From NCBI GenBank assembly GCA_905331295.1, contig CAJNYD010000555.1:45319-65318 (forward strand): a stretch of DNA of 20,000 bases. Direction: 5' to 3'. The translations under genes and the position numbers were made by a program. How positions within the stretch are numbered: the first letter of the stretch is position 1; each line of letters begins with the position of its first letter. Source of the DNA: Rotaria socialis (lineage: Eukaryota). The notes below the pieces were generated by a model, which was not told where the DNA came from, made no database searches, and worked only from the letters and a program-made list of their open reading frames with translations. Below are positions 10,644 through 20,000 of the stretch, in pieces.

Positions 10644-12367
10644 CGTGTACACTCGTCTCGCAAGAAATAATGAAAAAATGAATATGTAAAAACAACAGCA
10701 ACTATTCGTACGTGATTGTTTTTGCTAGGGCATTGCGGAGGCCACTGATTAATTCGAAGTGGGGATTGATTTTCAGGGTATTCTAGGTCAAAAGATGAAT
10801 GCTTTGCACAGAAGCCACATAACAAATACTTTACTTTCCACTGCTCTTATATATTACCAGTTGGATCCGCGTGTCAGCTAACAAGAAGACTTTTGTGAAA
10901 TAAAATTGAATATGTTCACAATATTTTTTTCTTACTGTATGACAACTGTTGTCCACAGATGTACACAGTTACACAGGGAAAATATTTGTACGCATGATGA
11001 AGAATAGATTGCAGAAGCTTTTCTCCGTATGTTTAATCGAGATTCAACTGAAGAATGAAAGATGCCAAGGAACATATACTAAATCACTGTGAGATTGCTT
11101 AATTAATATTTACTTTCGCGTACAATGATATTTAGGTTTTCTTTTTCATTCATACACTTTGTACCGAACCATAACTTCGAAAATGAGAAACAAAATTAAC
11201 TTCTACGCCGAAAGATAATTCTCGTTTAATATAGCATGATTCTTTGATAGTGACCAGCAAGATCAATTATTATAGCAACTGTTTTTCAATTGAGTATGCT
11301 GCAATTCAAAAACAAAAGATGAAATGTTTTCTGTTGGTTGTAATTTTAATAAGCAAGTGGTGGATGCACTCTTTTCTAATTGTCCATGTGCATCCAGAAC
11401 TATGAGAAATTTATATTTGACGATACTGTGAATTTGAATAATTAGCATGAAGTACATTATTAAAATTATAATAGTTGAATTTTCTGATATTCTATTTTGA
11501 ATGACAAGTTCATTTTCAATACGATTTCGTTCGGCGTCTTACATTTGATTAGCACCAAAATTTTTCGTTTAGCTAGACATCATCCAACGATACTTTTTTT
11601 ACACTTCGGCAATGCGAATTGAAAGCAATCTTCCATGGAAACTTGTTATTAATAGGTTTTGATGATATAAATTGTGAGAAAAAAAGGAAGTATGCATTAC
11701 TTGTAAAGATCTGATGTATCTCAACAAAGTTCTGTATATAGTTAAGCTATCTGTTTGATAGTAGATGCATTGAACGAAGTAGATAATTAGATGAAAATAC
11801 TTGTTGCTTTTATACTTTATTTTATGAAGAAACTTCAAAATAAAATTGTAAAAATTTAAATACCAAAAGCAATACATTCTATGATACTTTTATGGACATT
11901 ACAAAGTACTTGCATATTTTGGTCGGCAGAAATAACAATAATCTTGACAAGCATTCATAATTTTCTTATTCAACAGAAACAACTATACGCTTCATTGTGA
12001 AAAATAAGAAAAATAATAACAGATTAAGCTTGTTGCTTAATAGAATTATGCGTAGTTTTTAATCGGGCATATATTTTGAGAGAACATTAGTAATTTTTTT
12101 TTGTCTTTCCTGTAGTAATTTCATACAAACACTGCCATACAAGGGGGATTAAAGTAGGACATTATTGCGTCATAGTAGTTTTTTTAACATGTCAATAGAA
12201 AGCGCAGAGAAAAGAAAATTGTTTGTCTACAATTCTGGCGTTCGTTCAATCATATTTGAAAATGTCATGCTAACCATATCAAACGTTTTTGAAGTCTTCT
12301 GTGCCAGTAAAATTATAAAACGTTCTCGTATTACTAGCATTATCATGAATGAAATATCTCTCGTGTA

Positions 12368-12614
12368 CCAATGTAAAATAATTGGATTTATAATCAGATT
12401 AAAAATCTATTATAATGGCACTATTTTAATCGATTATAATAGTTTTTAGGTAATCAATTAAAATTGATTAAAATACAATCAAAATCAAAAATAATCTGCC
12501 TTTTAAGGCTGGAAAATCTGATTCAAATCAGGTTGTAATAGTATCATTAAAATAGATTTATAATCGCATAAAAATCAATTATAATCAGAATTTTTACGTT
12601 TCTTTTTACATGGG
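12368..12614. mobile_element. 247-bp MITE with TA flanks
   Basis: TIRs are CCAATGTAAAA and CCCATGTAAAA (10/11), flanked by TA at 12366-12367 and 12615-12616. The interior is built from TAATC/GATTA/AAAATC motifs. Confidence 0.7.
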
Positions 12615-13031
12615 TAGCAAGACGAATGGTGTGGTTACAATGAAAAAAACCGACGTAGTTTGCTTTCATATACACATCTACATGTAAAAATAATTATGCG
12701 CCCAATCACTTGTCATAGTTTTGTTCGAATCATGAATATCGTGCTAAGAATAACTACTAATATTTTACCTATTTTGATCATCAATCACGTGAGGATCTTG
12801 TAGGCCAATGCGTATAGTAAAAAGTATAAAAACTTAAGTCAAGTTTCTAGTTAGCTGGATTAAAAATGTGTATGAAAAATCACGAGAGCAAAACTCTTAA
12901 AAAGAATCAGTTCAATATATAAAAACTCATAATCATTAACGTCGAGTATAGGTACTGGAGATAAATCGATATTCTTGAATTATTGAAACATATTTTCTTC
13001 GTATCTTAGTTGAAGCTAGTTTCCGATAGCA

Positions 13032-15749
13032 ATGACTGAATTTATGTGCACTTATCTAATAATACTCTTCTGGTCAGTTTTACTAGTGCTGGGACGCAAC
13101 TCTGAAAACGTGGAAAATGTTAGTGAATTAAATTCAGCACACGTGAAAAGGGATGAAGAATCGAACTCAATGGAACCAAATAATTATAGTAGGATCTAGT
13201 TTCTTTTTTTATTTCATTGAATTTAACTTAGGTACTCTGTAGAGAAATTTGTTGCAACGTACAAGACTAATATTAATGTTTTGTCCGATAGCATCGATTT
13301 ATCGAAAATAGAGGAGGAGGTATCTGTATATATATATATATATACATACTCTTTCACTTGTAGTTCTTCATTTATTTTCCTTTATTCTTTTCATTCAACA
13401 GTTTGAATTAGCTCTAAAAGCTGAATCAGAAACTATTACCATAGAACAGATAGAAAGTGTATCAACAAGCGAACATAATCATCAATTGTTGTAAGCAATA
13501 CTTTTTGAATGACGTAAGCGATTTATGTTTATGTTTCTGTATCGCAAGAATAATACGTTCCAATACAAGCAATACGAACTTTGGAATTATTATTACATTT
13601 ATTATTAAATTTCCACGTAGCCAAGTATGTCAAACTACTAAATGTATCGATACGTTCTTCAATGGCATGCAACAGCGATTTGAACGTTTCTGTAACTTGA
13701 CTATCACACTTGTATACAAGGACCAAAATGGAGTATATAAAGTTCAGCTAAGACTGTGCTCAATTCAGATAACCAGTACGCAATCGATCAATACAACATC
13801 AACAACGACGACAACTAAGACACCAACTATCACAATCACCTCTCCAACCACAACCACAACTACAACTGCGACTACAACAACAACTGCATCAACAACAACA
13901 ACAACAACAACTACATCAACAACAACAGCATCAACAACTACCGTGTCGACTAAGGAAGATTCAAGTACCTTGTGGTTTACTATTGATTGCTAATGTGAAA
14001 AGTTATACATTCAATACCTGCAAAATATTTGAATTGGTTCATGGTAAAAAGGATTAAATTTTTACGAGATAAGCAAAGAGAAATTATCGTGCTATCCGAG
14101 TATAACATAACTTTAGAACTGTAATAGTGTTATTTAGATTTTATATTTTCTTGAAAGGGCTAAAGATTTCGAGGAAGTTGAGTCGATTGTTGGTATTGCA
14201 AGAGTTAAACAGACAGAAGTAAATTATACAGAAAAACTTTCGCTAATTGACGTTTGTTTGAAGTCTCCAGTGTTTTTATCCCTCCTAGATTAGATACCTC
14301 ATGTGAGCTTGAAAATAGATTAAATTTTTAAATATAGTAAGTATAGAAGCGTAACAGCTGCAGAATTAGCATTGATCTGACAACTCTATTAAAGTGTGAA
14401 CAGTAGCATTTCGGACTAAGCGATCTGAGAAATAATAATTATGTTTTTAAATGTATTCTAATTAACAAACTATATGTAGAAGATTATGCTAGTTGAACTA
14501 CTAATTCCTTTTTTTTGTAGTGAGTGGCATTGCTGGCAGTGGACTACCTTTTGATAATATGCAACCATCTTTGGTACTTACACAAATAGTACCATTGTCT
14601 ATTACATTTCCTCTATGTGCTATTCGTACTTTTGCATGCAACTTTGCTCCTGGTAATAGTCTTCTAGCATATGGACAACTACTCCCGATAGCATCCAATA
14701 CAGCGATATTTTCTATCATGGGTACAACTTATGGAGGTGACGGTAAAAAAACCTTTGCACTTCCGAATTTACAAGGTATTACAATTATTGGTAGTGGTCA
14801 AGGTAGTGGCTTATCACCTTATCGCCTAGGCGAACAGACCGGAAGTCAACAAGTAACACTGACTAAAAATCAGATGCCGGCACATGTACACTCAATCCCA
14901 AGCTCGATTGATTTCACAGGCGTGACAGGTTCATCACAATCATTCTCTTCTATTCAACCATCTTTAGCGATGAGCTATCTGATTTGTATAAGTGGTGTTT
15001 TTCCATCCGCTGGTTCCTCCGTAGGACAACTACCATTCATCGGTCAAATCGTTCCATATACTGGAAATGTTATACCGACGGGATGGGCACTAGCGGATGG
15101 AAGCTTATTGTCGATTGCATCAGATACAGCTCTGTTTTCAATACTTGGTACTACGTACGGAGGTGATGGAGTAACTAACTTTCGTTTACCAGACTTACAA
15201 GGCAGAGTACCTGTTGGCGTTTCTGGAAGTTTAAATACACAGATTGGTAATACTATTGGCGTCGAATCTGTTACTCTGTTAACCAATAACTTACCTTCAC
15301 ATGTGCATAGTCTAGTCGGTAGCAAGTATAATGCGACTCAAACTGGTGTTACAGGAGCTGGACAGACTTTCGATAATCGGCAACCTGGTTTGGGAATCAC
15401 TTATCTGATAACAATGCAAGGAGTATTTCCATCACAAGGAGGTACTGGTCCAGAACCTATGGCACCTTATCTTGGAGAGATTGTTGCATTTGCTGGTAAT
15501 TTTCAGCCAGGGGGTTACGCCTTTGCCAATGACCAACTACTATCAATTTCTCAAAATACAGCTCTCTTTGTTTTGCTGGGTACTACTTATGGTGGCAATG
15601 GTATAACAAGTTTTGCTCTTCCTGATCTTCGCGGTCGAGTCATCCTCGGATCTGGAAGAGGTTTTAGCATTGGGCAAACCCTTGGTTCATCGCTGATAAC
15701 GCTAACAGTAGATCAAATGCCATCTCATGCACATAGTCTTAGCCCATAA
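13032..15749 (+). CDS. Gene C: secreted protein with signal peptide, globular (possibly SEA-like) domain, Thr-rich stalk and three phage tail-collar/MdpB-like repeats, ~655 aa
   Basis: Exons are 13032-13188, 13243-13319, 13402-13490, 13549-13964 and 14521-15749. GT-AG introns are 54, 82, 58 and 556 nt with phases 1,0,2,1, giving an open 1968-nt frame. The N-terminus MTEFMCTYLIILFWSVLLVLG is signal-like and is followed by a KR site. The last exon has a strong acceptor (TTTTTTTTGTAG ending at 14520). The donor at 13965 (GTACCT) is weak, so the exon 4-5 join is the least certain part. Confidence 0.75.
13327..13344. repeat. (TA)n microsatellite in intron 2 of gene C
   Basis: The TA dinucleotide run is read directly from the sequence. 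Confidence 0.9.
14521..15749 (+). CDS. Terminal exon of gene C: three tandem phage tail-collar (Pfam Collar / COG4675 MdpB-like) domains
   Basis: It has three copies of the family motifs: (G)xIxxFAGNFxPxG, QLLxIxxNTALFSxLGTTYGGDGxxxFALPDLxGR, VTLTxxQMPxHxH and FDNxQPxL...GVFPS. The exon is intronless. Its first ATG in frame lies inside the repeat, and it is preceded by a polypyrimidine-AG acceptor. Confidence 0.92.
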
Positions 15750-16999
15750 AACATGATTTAGTATCACTGATATTTTTGTTAAATTTCAATATGACCGTTA
15801 ATGAAGTTTGATCATCACATTTGAACTATAATTTCAGTACTGATTCTTGTCTCCGAATATCCTATTTCATCTATGCAAATGAAAAAATTGCGTAGCATCA
15901 TTGATTTCGAATCAAAAATAAAGGGTAACTGCGTAACTAACCATAGGTTTTTCCCGCTTTGTCATGTCGATGATATGCTTCGTGGAATAATACCATATGA
16001 ACGTGTGAAAAATGCATAATTTATAGGAATATTTTTATAGCCATTCACAATCACGTATATATTGTATAGGGAGAAGAGTAGTAAGTAGCTCATAAAAAAT
16101 ACATCAAGAAAGTATCTTCAAGGAAGTCATAACTGCCGGTGAGGTACTCGTTTTTATTTACTTTTGCATTTCTATCAAAAACGTTTCTTATTTTACTAGC
16201 TTATTTCTACCTTTTCTCTAGCTAACAAACAATTAAACTAATTGTTAAATTCTACTCATACAACAAAACTAATCTTGAATATGTGTTGCTGTTGAGTCCG
16301 ATCATTTTTATTTTTGCCTCACTGCTTATCTTTTCACGTGAAAAATATTCTAGAAAATTCACTGATGATTTCTTCACTAGTATTTTCAGTAAAGTTAAGT
16401 ATTTTATAGCAAAATTAAAATTGTGATTGAGTAATCAAATGAAGCAGGCGTGAGTCATATTCAAAAATACTTGTTTCTTAATTTACAAGGCTGTATCATT
16501 GTATTGAAATTTTTGACTTGAATCTGATTAGATGTAGTTTCGAAACTGAAATATGTTTACAATTAGGTGTTACCGGCCATATCAAGACTCGATTCGTAAA
16601 GCAATGTGTGATTGGTATTGGACAATGAAAGAATAAATGTTTTAAGAATATATACTTGTTGGTTCTCTTTTCTGTTCTTTTATTCGCATTGTTTATTACA
16701 AGGGCATAAATATTTGTTTTCTATTTCTCTTCATTCCTTTTCTCTGCACAGTATTCGCTTCTTTTTCGCGTTATGTTGGTGCTCCTCCACGTGATATTAT
16801 ATCGTCTTAAATACTAAAAACTGAGCAAAACAAATGCATTTTTGACAACTAGTACATGTCAACACAAATCTATCTAAAGTAACGATTTTAATTAATCAAG
16901 CGTAACATATCCTGGCATTCATTTACGTGTACACTAAAACACAATAAAAAAAATAGAACGCATATCACCAACAACTTCAGCAAACATAATATTAAGTAA

Positions 17000-17635
17000 A
17001 TGAGCCAAGTTCATTTTTCTAATAACAAAGTATCGTTACCCTTGAATATGATGCATCGAACATGTCGTCGTTCTATGGAAAAATTAAATATTTACGACTC
17101 GAATACATCACCATCCATTTCATCAAAACCTCAATTACCTCCACCTTTACCACCACCCCGTAAAAATCGGCGCCATCTATACAATGGTGAAACTTTCGAA
17201 CGTTATCACTTTCTCTGTAATATGAAGCGCCATAGAACAGATCCGATTTATGCTGCTACGCCAATGTTTTCAACAATACCACAATCAACACCAGTAAAAC
17301 ATACTCGAACATTGCTAGGCGCTTATATACCTTCATATATTATTAAGCCTTTACCGATTCAATCTCCGATGTCTACTACATCTCCAGAACTATCAAATGC
17401 TAATAAAATTGATGATGCAGAAAGAGATAGAAATAAGAATAATGATCAAAATGCAAGTGATGGTGATAAAAATAGAGATGTCGATGACGATGATGATGAC
17501 GATCAAGGAAATTCATCAAGTAGTAGTGATGACATTGGTATTGATGATATTATTAATAATGATGATGATGTGATCGATGATAATGATAATGATCAAGGGA
17601 TGGTAGAAAAAATATTCAACACAAATAAGAAATGA
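17000..17635 (+). CDS. Gene D: hypothetical, largely disordered 211-aa protein (Pro-rich motif, Asp/Asn-rich tail)
   Basis: This is a 636-nt ATG-initiated ORF in very AT-rich DNA, with start context AAAATG-like (TAAATG) and AATAAA at 17694-17699. It contains PQLPPPLPPPRK and a D/N-rich C-terminus. I recognise no family. Confidence 0.6.
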   Translation: MSQVHFSNNKVSLPLNMMHRTCRRSMEKLNIYDSNTSPSISSKPQLPPPLPPPRKNRRHLYNGETFERYHFLCNMKRHRTDPIYAATPMFSTIPQSTPVKHTRTLLGAYIPSYIIKPLPIQSPMSTTSPELSNANKIDDAERDRNKNNDQNASDGDKNRDVDDDDDDDQGNSSSSSDDIGIDDIINNDDDVIDDNDNDQGMVEKIFNTNKK

Positions 17636-18376
17636 ATAATTGCGTCGCTTTTGTAGCTATTTCATAGTTAGTAAATTTTTATATTTTTTTATGAATAAAA
17701 CTCAAAAATTGTCGAAATCTTTCTTGTTCTTTTCATTATAAAGTAATACAACTAATTCTACTCGAAATATATACTTATATACAAGCAATTGAATTTCCAT
17801 ACATGGAAAATCATCTATGACAGACTTCTACATTATCGATTTAAAACTCACTGATAGAGTTAGATAAGAATACAAATTGAACGAATTCAGCACAAACATA
17901 TTTTATCATGTTTTCTACAAGAAATGCAAATCATATTTGCGAATCTACAATCAGTATAAAAAGTTTCACAAAATTCAATAATGCGTAAAAATTATCTATG
18001 AAAACAATGCCATATGAAAGCTCATTACAACGAAAGAGTACGGAAAATTTTCTGCTGCTCTCTGACATAAAAATGTGCAATCTCTACTCAGTGAGAACAA
18101 CACAGTTTGAATCTCAAACTACTTTAGATTGCTTTCTGGTAAACATTGAACTGAAACATGCTCTCGAAAGCGTCTGCTTCCAACAACGATCTGCCGATGC
18201 GGACATGCATGTATTGTGTAAGATTCTTCTCGGTATATTTTCTTACTAGAAGAGTGGTTTTGTCTCGGATAAAGCATCTTCCCAACTGAGTTCTAAGCGT
18301 AGATGAATGAAACGATCTGTATGAATAAATGAACTATTATTCCTCTTCCGATTTAATAATAATTCATTCGATGAAT

Positions 18377-18410
18377 GAAAGAAAAGAAAAGAAAAGAAAA
18401 GAAAGAAAAA
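18377..18410. repeat. (GAAAA)n simple repeat
   Basis: The GAAAA/GAAA tandem run is read directly from the sequence. Confidence 0.85.
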
Positions 18411-19830
18411 AATCTCATCAGTCAAAATGAATCATTGCTATCAATATTGAATTTTGAGAGAGAACAAGTAAGTAGAATATACTTATTGATATAAATGATT
18501 GTATTAATAAAATAGAATATAAAATATCAATAGAAATAAATTGGCAGATACTCTTCTAGATAGTAAAATACCCTAATGAGTTCTTTTTTCTTTTTAAATA
18601 AGATCAATTATTCGCTTCTAACAAGATTAGTAAAATGTATAAATGTTTTGACACTTTTTTCTTCTCATTAGAAAACATACTTTAATTGAATTAGAAAAAG
18701 AAAAATTTTGTTTTTCTTCGAAACTTTCGATGCGAGAAAAAAGATATTACCATTACATTAACATATATGTAACAGATTTACATTCTACTCAAGCATATGC
18801 AAGTTTGAATATCGAATATCGTTTAAAAACTTCAGATAATTATGATTATTGTGCATAAAAAACGAACAAAAAACCATAGGATTCTATAGTAAGTTTTCTT
18901 ACTTCCGTGTATGCCGCTTTTCAATAACATATATAATGTAATCGATAACATTTGTCATCTAGCGAAAGCTCAAGGTCTATGTTTCTGACGTAAACGAAGT
19001 TTCGCAATGAAAATAGAAAGCAATTAGTATTTATATCAGTATTTGATGTTCTTTTAAAAATAGTTTTCCGATATTTTTTTTCTATTGTTTTACCCGATGG
19101 AGCAAAATATTTTTCGATTCTATTTTCTTTTTGTTATACTAGTTTAATATGGTCTGAATCGTCGAGGAAAAACAAAATTTATTTTAACTTTTGACATAGT
19201 ATTGTAATTTAAATCTGAATATTAATTTTAATCCATACAATAAAATCTATCGTTATTATTTTCTTGTTTCTAAATTTAAACTTGGAACTCTTTCGCAAAA
19301 TTGATCCATTTCTACTATCGTACATTGATTACAAGTCAACCCTAGTAAATGACATTTGATGTAAATATTCTTTTGTTGTAATTCTAGAAATAACTATTTA
19401 CTCAGTTTAGCAGTCATGCGTATAACAAAAATTTATTACAGTTCTTCTATAAGTTCATTGAATACAGTTGCATTTTTCTGTTCTTAATAAACAAATGGAT
19501 ATTTGATTTCTATTAGTAGATTATTACCTAGTTTAGTATGGATATCCGATATTTTTCACAACACTCTTGTATATATGCTACTAACTCCACTATGATCATA
19601 TTACATATCTATTTTATTTTTCTGCTTTTTCTGACATCGTAAACAAAATCATCTATTCGACTCTTCTACAAAATAATTTATTTCGATGTGCTTCTATTAC
19701 ATTATTTTGAAAATTTGTTTTAGATCAAACATCGCTTTACTTACTATTTCATGCTAACTGTGATTATTTAATAAGAAATGATATTATCTAAGGTTCTGGA
19801 ATATAATGTTGTTTCCGCTTATAGTTCCTC

Positions 19831-20000
19831 TTTTTTGTGTACTCAAAAAGTGAGTACACTCTAGAATCGGTCAGTGTGTCCGTCCGGCCGTAGGCACGAT
19901 AACTTGCGAAAGGAGAGTCAGACCGTGATGAAATTTTCCACACAGTTCAATCTCATGAATATCTCGGTCGAGTTCGAAGATGAGAAGAATCCCTCAAGAA
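19831..20000 (+). mobile_element. 5' part of a Helentron-associated (HINE/DINE-1-like) non-autonomous element, truncated by the window end
   Basis: A T-run is followed by the palindrome GTGTACTC-N7-GAGTACAC (19837-19859), then a short GTCCGTCC repeat (19878-19885), then ATAACT...ATGAAATTT...ATCTCGG motifs. This order is typical of HINE/DINE-1 5' ends. Confidence 0.6.

Noticed and set aside
14158..14218. Extra exon inside the 556-nt intron of gene C
   Set aside because: The AG...GT-bounded segment does not preserve phase 1 to phase 1, so including it would shift the frame.
14501..15325. ORFs 14501-14719 (-), 14984-15166 (+) and 15044-15325 (-)
   Set aside because: They are alternative-frame or antisense shadows of the tail-collar exon.
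14520..15749. Stand-alone bacterial gene, prophage or contaminant contig
   Set aside because: The 'GTG start' overlaps a polypyrimidine-AG splice acceptor, there is no Shine-Dalgarno sequence or neighbouring phage gene, and the flanks are intron-containing genes and eukaryotic TEs.
17998..18300. 83-aa plus-strand ORF and a 52-aa minus-strand ORF
   Set aside because: Neither has a recognisable motif or a consistent splice model, and both lengths are compatible with chance.

Overview
This is AT-rich eukaryotic DNA with short (~48-62 nt) spliceosomal introns. The intron sizes, the dense MITE/SINE content and the bacterial-type domains in intron-containing genes suggest a bdelloid rotifer (inference). 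I built four gene models by hand from splice sites and reading-frame phase. (A) 4781-3263 (-) and (B) 10643-7467 (-) are tandem paralogues encoding type II membrane proteins with a Cys-rich juxtamembrane segment, a Thr-rich stalk and a C-terminal bacterial-like carbohydrate-binding (CBM4/9-like) domain that appears circularly permuted. (C) 13032-15749 (+) is a 5-exon secreted protein: signal peptide, globular domain and Thr stalk spliced onto one intronless exon with three tandem phage tail-collar/MdpB-type repeats, a likely horizontally acquired bacterial module. (D) 17000-17635 (+) is an intronless Pro-/Asp-rich ORF of unknown function. Intergenic and intronic DNA holds two hAT-type non-autonomous elements with 8-bp TSDs, a structured tRNA-derived SINE with a 12-bp TSD, three ~250-bp MITE-like elements and the start of a HINE/DINE-1-like element. 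The most notable feature is the cluster of mucin-stalked extracellular proteins tipped with bacterial/phage-type binding domains, above all the single-chain triple tail-collar 'pseudo-trimer'.
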